Shown here: positions 54,638 through 64,000 of the stretch, one piece after another
Layout of the letters: each line of letters starts with the position of its first letter
Numbering within the stretch: the first letter of the stretch is position 1
Notes under the pieces: generated by a model
Told to the model about the DNA's origin: nothing
What the model saw: only the letters and a program-made list of their open reading frames with translations
The model's database searches: none
Made by a program: the position numbers and the translations under genes
From: Octopus vulgaris
Taxonomy: Eukaryota
Reading direction: 5' to 3'
NCBI GenBank assembly: GCA_951406725.2
Contig: OX597829.1
Location: forward strand, 41,106,001 to 41,170,000
DNA: 64,000 nt

Positions 54638-57461
54638 CTGCAAGAATAATGTTGAAAAGAAGAATATTAGTAAAGATAATGGAGATGGGATAGTGGTGGT
54701 GAATACTTTTCTTTATCAATTTGTTTTTTTTTTTATATTGCTTTGTGATGGTGGGGACGGGGCAAGAGGGAGTCTGTAAATTTAGACATTGATGTACTTA
54801 CTGATTGTTGGGCCAGCCAGGTATGTTTACTAGTTGGATGTCTTTCTAACTGAAGTGTACGTGGGAATCATCATAAATTTAACATCCACTTCCTTATGCT
54901 TGCATGAGTCAGTTGGAAATTGTTGGGGCAAATTTTCTATGGTCAGATGACCTTCGTGTTGCCACCCCCCACCCCCACCTGTTTCAAGCAGGTTAATATT
55001 TCTCCATGACCAGACATATTTCACAGAAGCACTCGTTTACAACTTGCTTCATGTTAAGGCAAGGACACAGTAACACACACATATGCATACAACAGACTTC
55101 TTTCAGTTTCCACCCACCAAAATAACTATAACTATATTTGCCCAAGGACCATGCAGTTGGACTGATTCCAAAGCCATATGATTGAGAAGCAAGCTTCTTA
55201 CCACAGAGGCTCTCTTTGGATTTTCCTAGACCACAATATAAAAGCTGTAGAAAGATATGAGGATGATCGTTAACAGAGTGGCGTCCGTGCCAGTGGCACA
55301 TAAAAGGGCAGCATTCGAGTGTGATCGTTACCAGCGTCGCCTTACTGGCACTTGTGTCCGTGCTAGTAGGGTGCCAAGAGCACCATCCGAGCGTGATCAC
55401 TGCCAGATCAGCCAACTGGCTTCCGTGCCGGTGGCACATAAAATGGCACCATTCGAGGGTGATCATTACCAACATCGCCTTACTGGCACCTGTGCTGGTG
55501 GCATGTGTAAAAAGATTCGAGCGAGGTCATTGCCAGTACCGCCTGACTGGCCCCCATGCTGGTGGCATGTAAAAAGCACCCACTACACTCTCAGAGTGGT
55601 TGTTGTTAGGAAGGGCATCCAGCTGTAGAAACTCTGCCAGATCAAGATTGGAGTCTGGTTCGCCAGCCCTCAGTCAAAATCGTCCAACCCATGCTGGCAT
55701 GGAAAGCGGACGTTAAACTTCTGCAAGGAAGTGTTTGAATTTCTGCACATAGGTAGATATTGTTATTTGTTTGTGCATTAAAATGTACAAGTCAGTTGTT
55801 TATGTGAATTAACATTTACATACCCTAAATCAGGTTTTTTAACACTTTTGCTGGTATTAGTACTTGTCTTCGTTGGGACTAACTCTGTAGATGTTATCGA
55901 AATCTTCTTACTGTAAGGTCCTGTAAACACAAAACAGCTATATTTATAACAAAATCTAAAATTTCACATCCATAGCAAGAACTTGTGTGAGAATTTGTTG
56001 CCTCAAGCGACAGTTGCTTGGAAAGCTAAAATATTAGGGAAATTTTAAAATTGAATGAAAGGAAGAAAAAATATTTTTATGTTGATTTCCAGTGCAAAAG
56101 GGATTTAAAGGGCGTGGCTTTCTCTTTAAAAGGAAGAAAATATTGTAGCAAAGAAACTGTTTATTCCATAGTCCGGAATACACCATTTTGTGGAAAAGTG
56201 TTCTTATAGCTGAGATTATGTACCTTTAACTACTAGATCATAGTCAATCGTAAACATTCTGCTACATCAATAGACTTCCTGCATTTGCAGCACATTGCTG
56301 GGGTACCCTTTCTCTATCTTCTTTCACTACTACTACTACAATTATAGATTCTATTCTTAAGAACTTAAATGGTTACAATCACATCTGTTGTACTCTGCTT
56401 TTCAACTAAAATAAGCATACTCATTACCAAAATCTGTTCTTATAATAGATCTGGACTAATAAACAACTTTTGAAGTTAATACTTGAATTAACCTTTTAGT
56501 ATTTAAACCAGCCATGACCAGCCCAAATAATATTCTACTTATTTTATGCTCAAGCCAGCCAGATCTGGCCTCTCACACCTACCCTACAATGTCATTTTAA
56601 AAATATGCAATTACATCATTGAAATCTCAAAGCTGTAAGATAAGGCCTCGCCTGGCCCCCGTGCCAGTGGCACGTAAAAAGCACCATCCGATCGTGGCCG
56701 TTGCCAGCCTCGCCTGGCCCCCGTGCCGGTGGCACGTAAAAGGCACCATCCATCCGTGGCCGTTTGCCAGCTCCGTCTGGCACGTAAAAAGCACCCACTA
56801 CACTCACGGAGCGGTTGGCGTTAGAAAGGGCATCCAGCCGTAGAAACATTGCCAGCCAGATCAGACTGGGCCTGGTGCAGCCTTCTGGCTTCCCAGACCC
56901 CAGTTGAACCGTCCAACCCATGCTAGCATGGAAAGCGGACGCTAAATGATGATGAATAGGAATAAATAAGGATTACATTGAATAGTTTGAATGCTAAGGG
57001 GTTGATTTGACAGCATGTTTCTCTACCTCCACGTTTATCTGCAATCACAACTCTAATAAAACAAGTCTGATTGTCCAACCAACTAGAAAAAGTAGCCAAA
57101 CTTTGTTCTGTCACCTTATAAAAGAAGTACATATTGAATAACAATGTTCCAAGAAAAGAAGATATAGGTGTGTCTGTTCTGTCAGAGTTGACCCAGGGTT
57201 AAACAGTAGCAATAGTGCCAATGAATAATCACAAATTCCACTTACCAAATATACTACTAGTCCTCTTATTCTTAACAGGTGCCTCTTCATTGGATATCTC
57301 CCTGAGACGTCTTGTAATATTGTCCATTGTTTCATCTAAACTTTTTGGCGGCCGGCGCCTTTCCAGGTGAGTATTTAGTGACGTGACTCCAGATGAGGAT
57401 TCGCTATATTTCATACGTGCACCCATTGCTTCTGACTAAAAATTAGAATTATACATCAGAC

Positions 57462-57495
<34 letters not shown>

Positions 57496-57834
57496 CAAAC
57501 ACAAGGGGATTATAAAATAATCTAAGTGGGATTCTCAATCACCACTCCTGCAAATGCTGGCTAAAAATGTGAATAAAAGTGGAAACCATTTATTCAGTCT
57601 AAGATCCCAAGAATTACAAATTACTTAGAGTGTAATATATTAAGTCCAAGGATGGGACTTTTGGTAACACATTTATTCCTTAGCTACATGTATATCAACA
57701 CCAAGTATCGAAGTGATCACAGGAATGTGAAGTGAAGTGTTTCGCTCAAGAACACAATGCACCACCCAGTCTAGGAATTGAAACCACAATCTCAGGATCA
57801 AGAGTACAACATCCTAGCCACAGGGCCATGCACC

Positions 57835-57870
<36 letters not shown>

Positions 57871-59703
57871 CACACACAACGGCAGTAAACTGACAGAATT
57901 ATTAGCATGGTGGGCAAAATGCTTAGTGGCATTTTGTCTGTCTTTATGTTCTGAGTTTGAATTCCACCAAGGTCGACTTTATCCTTCATCTCTCTCAGGG
58001 TCAATAAAATAATTACAAGTCAAGCACTGAAATTAATGTAATTGACTTACCCTTCCCTCAAAATTTATGGATTTGAGCCAAAATTTAAAACCTACACACA
58101 CATGGATTAATAAATTTATGAATATGTACAATTTTTTTTTAAAGAATTGGTTTTTATAACATTATTTTAAAAAAAATTATTGTACATATTTTATATACCC
58201 TCGTTAAGTTGTCTTAATTTGAATCAGTGTATAATTGTGTCTATATGTAGAATCTATCTATCAATCTAACAAAAAGAACTATATAGTGATCCCTTTCTAG
58301 TATATATCAGGCTGAGTAAAAAGTAAGCAGCGTTTTGAAACATGAAGTTCATCACAATATATTTCAACAATGTGGAAATTTTATTTATCAAAGTAAGTAC
58401 CATTACAATCAACACATTTTTCCCGAGTTACAAGTTTGTTTATTCCAGTAACATAAAAATCTGGAACTGATGAACTCTTTCAACACACTTTCAGCATCAG
58501 TTTGCTTTATGAACTCCTTCTCTCGAAGGAAACCATCAAGGTGCATGAAAAAAAGTGGTAGTCGGTAGGAGAAAGGTCTGGGTGGAGAAGAATTTCGTAG
58601 CCAAGTTCCTTTAACTTCTGGAGTGTCATTAGTGAAATGTGTGGTCGAGCATTGTTATGAAGAATGATTGGCTCACTTCTGTTGACCAGTCTGGGGTGGA
58701 AGAGTAGCAGTTTTTTCTTCATTTTGGCAATTTCATAGCAATGTTTTGGCAGTAATAGTTTTACTGGGTTTTTAGAAGTTATAGAGGATGAGTTCAGCAG
58801 TACACTACCAAGCGGTCACCATAGCCTTCTTTTTGAAGAGCACAGGTTTAGGGAAGGTTGTCAGTGCTTCATTTTGGTTCAACCACTGTGAAGAATGTTT
58901 TTTTATTATTGTACAGAATCCACTTTTTATCGCAAGTTACAATGCGGTCAAGAAATGGATCAGTCTGGTTACGGAAAAGAAGCAACAAGCAAATTTCATA
59001 TCTGCGCATTTTCTGATTTTCTTTCAGATTGTGTGATATGTATTTTGAATATCTGTCTTATTATTTATTTTCTTGTTTTTATTGGATGGTATGTGAAGCA
59101 TGTTTTTTTTATATATCAATATAATTTAATGCCTAGGACTATATTACAATGGCATCTAGGCAACTTAAGTTGAACTGTCTCTTAGCCATTGGCTGAAACA
59201 GCTGTAAGGAGCAGTTTATTTGTATTATTTTAATTTTTATTTTATTATTAATTTGCATATTGATGTATATTGTTTTGTTCGATTTTCATGTTCCTATTTG
59301 TATAATTAATAAATAATATGAAATTGTTATATCCGTAAGTTGATGATCGAAATGAATTTGTTCCTCCATTTTCTTATTTATATATATGACTCATATTAAA
59401 CTCTGGACTTTTGGATTTTACTCAAAGGATATTGGAATATTACACATATATACCCTCATGCCTATAAAACAGATTTGCAAATTTAATACCCATACATATC
59501 TTACATCTATTTTCTTTCCTCCACCTCACTCTCTATTTGTATTACATTGAAACCAACTATGACTTAATTTTTCCTCTCACACCGTCTCCAATGAAGGGAT
59601 ATTATTAATTGATATCCTAGAAACAACTGTAAGACCTTCTATCTATAAATGCTCTAATATCTGTACAGCCTTGGTTGTTTATCTTATTACGCAAAAAAAT
59701 TCT

Positions 59704-59760
<57 letters not shown>

Positions 59761-59825
59761 TAGATAGATAGATAGACAGATAGGTATATATATATATATA
59801 TATATAGATAGATAGATAGACAGAT

Positions 59826-59876
<51 letters not shown>

Positions 59877-60076
59877 TAGATAGATAGATAGGTAGATATA
59901 TATATATAGATAGATAGATAGATAGACAGATAGGTAGATATATATATATAAATAGATTGATAGATGGATAGACAGATAGGTAGATATATATATAGATAGA
60001 TAGATAGATTTTCCCCATTATGATCTAGTGTTAGCATCCAAAAGGTTATTATTAATTTTAAAATTCCCAATACTTT

Positions 60077-60108
<32 letters not shown>

Positions 60109-63100
60109 CGATATTGGTGAAGGCATGTGGCTTAGTGGTTAGGGTATTTGGCTCATAATCATAAGATCATAAGTTCAATTCCTGACAACATGTTGTGTCC
60201 CTGAGCAAGACATTTTATTTCGTGTTGCTCCAGTCCACTCAGCTGGCAAAAATGAGTGGTACCTGTGTTTAAAAGGGCCAGCCTTGTCACATTGTGTATC
60301 ATGCTGAATCTCCCTGAGAAGTACATTAAGGGTATGCATGTCTGTGGAATGCTCAGCCACTTGCACGTTAATTTCACAAGCAGGCTGTTCTGTTGATCGG
60401 ATCAACTGGAACCCTCGTCGTTGTAAGTGACAAGAGTACCAGTTTATATATATATCATCATCATCATCGTTTAGCGTCCGTTTTCCATGCTAGCATGGGT
60501 TGGACGGTTCTACTGGGGTCTGTGAAGCCAGAAGGCTTCAACAGGCCCAGTCAAATCTGGCAGTGTTTCTACGGCTGGATGCCCTTCCTAACGCATATAT
60601 ATTACATGCTATTGTACATATATAAGTTATCCAGGAAGACAGCATATCCAACAACATTTTTTTTTTTTGCACACACTAATTCATGCAAGAAGCAGAAATA
60701 ACAGTTTTACACACACATACACACACACACTTCTAACCAGGTTTTGTCTGCCATTGGTACTCACAAGTCATTTATTGGCTTGAAGCATTGAAGAAGCAAT
60801 GATAGAAGACACTTGCCCACAATATCTGGACTGAACCTTAAGGCCACATGGTTACAAAATGGACTTTTTAAGCATACAGCCATGCCCATGTCTATGAAAT
60901 AACATTTATATGTGTGTATGTATGTGACAGCAATGTGCTGGTGCCACACCAAGAGCACTCAGTACACTCTGTAAATAGGGTGGCACTAGGAAGGCCCTCC
61001 AGCTGTAGAAACCAAACCAAAACAGACAAATGGGGCTTGGTGCAGCTCCCCAGCTTGCCAGCTGTTGTCAAACTGTCCAACCCATGCTACCATGAAAACG
61101 GATGTTAAATGATGATGTTGATACAGACATGTAGATCGTTGATATTAATTGCTTACCTGTGACTTATGGGTATGTTGAATAGTTGGAGTTGGATCTGAAA
61201 GAGGACGAGAAGTCGTCATGATTTGCTCCTTCATGTAGATCACAGCTGCTTTCAGTGTCACCAAACAGTAACTGCAAGTAAGAAAGTTGTATAAACAAAC
61301 TGCTTCCTGACGTTTCACTAACGGAGTAACATTGTCTTATAATTGATTTGATAAAACCCTGAACATGCCTGACACCTGTGGAGGCACATGGTCTAGTGGT
61401 TAGAGCAGCGGACTTGCAGTCGAGGGATCGTGGGTTTGAATCTCAGACTGGGCGATGTGTGTGTTTATGAGCGAAACACCTAAGCTCCACGCAGCTCCAG
61501 CAGAAGGTATTAGCGAAACTTCTGCTGACTCTTCCGCCACAACTTTCTCTCACTCTTTCCTCCTGCATCTTGCAGCTCACCTGCGACGGACCGGGGCCCC
61601 GTCCAGGTGGGGAACCTATACACCAAGAAACCGGGATACCAGCCCTTATGAGCCAGGCATGGCTCGAGAAGGAACAAACAACATGCCTGACATCAGAGTT
61701 ACCAGAACAATTTCTTAACAAGTAGCACAAAATTTTCAAAGAGTAATGGATTATGTTTGAAAGTGACCCAAAAGGTAAATTTTGCTAATAAATTAAAAAC
61801 AAAACAAAACAAAAAAAAAACATAGTACCATTGTGTAGTACTTTGGGAAAGTGTTTTCTACTATCAATGGCCCAAGTCACTCAATGCCTTATAAGTGAAT
61901 TTGATTGATAGAAATTGAATGAAGTTCATCATATGTGTGTAAGGCGGCGAGCTGGCAGAAACGTTAGCGTGCCGGGCGAAATGCTTAACGGTATTTCGTC
62001 TGTCGTTATATTCTGAGTTCAAATTTTGCCAAGGTCGACTTTGCCTTTCATTCTTTCGTGGTTGATAAATAAAGTACCAGTTTCACACTGAGGTTGATGT
62101 AATCGACTTAATCTGTCCTTGTTCGTCCCCTCTATGTTTAGCCCCTTGTGGGCAATAAAGAAATATATGTGTGTATGCACATTATCCTCATTGTTTAACA
62201 TCCCTTTTTCCAAGCTGGCATGAGTTTGGCCAGTTTGACATCCAGAGACAAGCCAGAGGAGTGTGCCATGTTCCTCTACTTGCTTTGGCATGATTTCTAG
62301 AGCTGGATGCTGTTCTTAATACCAACCACTTCAGAGAGTGCACTGGGTGCATTTTCTCATGTCGCTAGCACTGGTGAGGTCCCTAAGCACATGTATGACA
62401 AGACCTCCTTCAACTGTGTATGTGTGTTTGTTTACATTTGAATTTCTTTGAAAATTGTGAGCTAAAAGCAGTGGTGTTTGTAGCATAATTCTTTAGTCAA
62501 CAGATCATCTACTGGCGTTGTGCCTTTGAAAAGCAGGTTAGCAACAGGAAGGGCATATGGCTGTAAAATAATGCCTTGCTAATACATTCATCTAACATAT
62601 GCTAGCATGGCAAAATGGAAGTAAAAAGTGAATTAATACACACAACTCACCACATCGGGATAATCAAAATTTTCTTCTTCCCTTTTCTTACTAAACACAC
62701 ACACACATACAGGGGTTGGACAAAATAATGGAAAAACCTAGCTTCATAGCATCATATTTTTGAAATATCTATAAAACCCTTAAAAGCTTGTTTATTTTTA
62801 TGTTTTATTTTATTTATTATTAGTGTTGCTTAATATATTTTGCTTAAATTGCTGTTTCTTTTCAGATTTCATCAGAAAAAGATAATTAAAATTCATTAAA
62901 ATGACAGATCTATTGGACTTTCAAAGAGGTCAAATTGTTGGTACTCGTATGGCAGGCGCCAGCATAACGAAAACAGCCTAAATGTTTGGTGTGTCAAGAA
63001 GTGCTGTTTCGAAAGTAATGACAGCTTTTGAGAAAGAGGGAAAAACCCCCTCATCAAAACATAACTCTGGAAGAAAACCAAAACTTTCAGATAGGGACCA

Positions 63101-63899
63101 TCGGACTCTTACGCAAATTCTTAGAAAAGATCACAAAAGTACAGCTCCCAAAATTACTGCAGAGCTTATTGACCCCATCGAGGACCCAGTTTCCACAAAA
63201 ACTGTTCACTAGGAGCTGCACAAAGCCAGACTTCATGGGAGGGCTACACTCAGAAAACCATTACTTTCAAAAGCAAACATTGCAAAGTGTTTAGAATGGA
63301 ATAAAAACCTACAGAATTGGTCCCTAGAGTAGTGGAAGGATGTTATTTTCTCAAACAAGTCATCCTTAACCTTATTTCTGACCACCAGCTGAGTATATAT
63401 GTGGAGACAACCAAAAGAAGCATTTAACCCAGACTCCCTTCTTCTAACTGTTTAACATGGAGGACGATCTGTGATAATCTGGGGAGCTATATCATGGAAA
63501 TCTGCCGGCCCAGTGGTTTTCCTTCATGGCAGAATTAATAGTCAAGACTAAGCATTTTATCTTATCAAATTTATCCTATGGTTGTGGAACTGTTTCCAGA
63601 GGGAAACGCAATCTTTCAGGATGATAATGCACCAATTCACACAGCTAAAAGTTGTTACTGAATGGCGCGAGGAACAGTCTAGTGAAGTCGGACATCTTAT
63701 CTGGCCACCACAATCCCCAGATCTCAATACTATTGAACATTTATGGTGCATTTTAGAAAAACAAGTAAGGAGTTGATATCCTCCACCATCATTACCTGAT
63801 ATTGTCTTTGTCCTTTGATGCTGCTGACCAGTTGAACACATCCATGTAAAATATGTTACTCTGTAGATGTGGACACTGTGCCTTTATCAAGACCTTCAC
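54586..63899 (-). CDS. VPS9-domain protein (ANKRD27/VARP-like Rab GEF), 3' part only; complement(join(54586..54637,55824..55920,57246..57435,61157..61271,63796..63899))
   Basis: Five exons with AG/GT sites and matching phases read [35 protein letters not shown]|[13 protein letters not shown]...|[10 protein letters not shown]...|GPYSKK...PDLG|[16 protein letters not shown]. The first two exons match the VPS9 C-terminal helices (IKA-x2-P-x-L-x-SN-x2-Y...Y-x-L-x-T-x2-AA). AATAAA at 54510-54505. Confidence 0.8.
55262..55716 (+). mobile_element. RTE 3'UTR-derived repeat
   Basis: Several GTGCC-NNN-GGCAC units and the terminal core. Confidence 0.85.
55824..55920 (-). CDS. VPS9-domain gene exon
   Basis: 97 nt, phase 1 to 2, [32 protein letters not shown]; TTTACAG acceptor, GTATGT donor. 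Confidence 0.7.
56644..56955 (+). mobile_element. RTE 3'UTR-derived repeat inside a piggyBac-like MITE
   Basis: Core and TGA tail, flanked by MITE halves. Confidence 0.8.
57246..57435 (-). CDS. VPS9-domain gene exon (low-complexity tail)
   Basis: 190-nt open exon [16 protein letters not shown]...RTSSIF; TAG acceptor, GTAAG donor. Confidence 0.75.
58307..59030 (-). mobile_element. Mariner (DD34D-type) transposase remnant, 5' truncated
   Basis: ILHNNARPH...[12 protein letters not shown] motifs; TA-flanked end at 58307. Confidence 0.8.
59030..59700 (+). mobile_element. Penelope-like fragments with partial or degenerate hammerhead motifs
   Basis: GAAACAGCTGTAAG and the CTCCATTTTCTTATTT end are shared with 16400-16850; second motif at 59584-59635. 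Confidence 0.55.
59704..60008. repeat. Compound (TA)n/(GATA)n/(GA)n microsatellite
   Basis: Direct inspection. Confidence 0.95.
60117..60442 (+). mobile_element. tRNA-derived SINE family C
   Basis: A box TGGCTTAGTGG, B box AGTTCAATTCC; body shared with the 30924 copy. Confidence 0.8.
61157..61271 (-). CDS. VPS9-domain gene exon
   Basis: [18 protein letters not shown]...HKSQ; CAG acceptor, GTAAGC donor. Confidence 0.85.
61375..61679 (+). mobile_element. tRNA-derived SINE family D (alternative tail)
   Basis: Head shared with the 34605 copy; 13-bp TSD AACATGCCTGACA. Confidence 0.85.
61942..62164 (+). mobile_element. SINE family B
   Basis: GGCGGCGAGCTGGCAGAAACGTTAGC head; CCCCTTGTGGGCAATAAAGAAATA end. 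Confidence 0.85.
62710..63795 (+). mobile_element. Tc1 (DD34E) transposon fossil, right end missing
   Basis: TA|CAGGGGTTGGAC left TIR; disrupted transposase with [16 protein letters not shown] and [15 protein letters not shown]. Confidence 0.9.
63796..63899 (-). CDS. VPS9-domain gene exon (VPS9 helix)
   Basis: Long polypyrimidine tract plus AG; [24 protein letters not shown]; donor GTAATG. Confidence 0.85.
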
Positions 63900-64000
63900 C
63901 TGTCAAATAAGAAATAAAAAAAAAAATGAAAACGTAACAGTGGTTTGATCCCAGAGCATGGTATTGATAAGCCACAATAATGGCAAAATATCAGTACCTA

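Noticed and set aside
54426-54719. 97-aa ORF as the terminal exon reading frame
   Set aside because: With exon 55824-55920 included, the acceptor at 54637 is read in another frame ending at 54586. The long frame would apply only if that exon were skipped, for which there is no evidence here.
54993-55628. 160-aa and 123-aa ORFs
   Set aside because: They lie in SINE and RTE 3'UTR repeats; similar peptides recur at other copies
59617-60088. Two 133-aa IYLS-rich ORFs
   Set aside because: Translations of the TA/GATA microsatellite

Overview
AT-rich, repeat-dense animal genomic DNA. The SINE, LINE-tail and microsatellite content suggests an octopus or other coleoid cephalopod (inference). Three intron-containing protein-coding genes were rebuilt by hand from GT-AG sites and reading phase. 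(1) AP-2 complex subunit mu (AP2M1), minus strand: 10 coding exons, 439 aa, a non-coding first exon near 43.7 kb and probably a ~5 kb 3'UTR. (2) 60S ribosomal protein L22 (RPL22/eL22), plus strand: 4 exons, 136 aa, head-to-head with AP2M1 across ~600 bp. (3) The last five coding exons of a VPS9-domain (ANKRD27/VARP-like) Rab GEF, minus strand, entering from the right edge. The rest is mostly mobile DNA: tRNA-derived SINEs, RTE and CR1 LINE 3' fragments, an ORF1-only non-LTR element, piggyBac-like and GG-terminated MITEs, non-autonomous Helitrons, Tc1/mariner fossils and Penelope-like fragments with hammerhead ribozyme motifs. The strongest unusual signals are a hairpin over the RPL22 intron-2 branch-point region resembling the RPL22-binding stem-loop of EBER1 (candidate splicing autoregulation), an intact-looking hammerhead ribozyme next to a perfect 292-bp palindrome in an AP2M1 intron, and a host splice donor fused to a Tc1 transposase remnant. 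All structures and alignments were done by eye; repeat boundaries are approximate unless a TSD is given.
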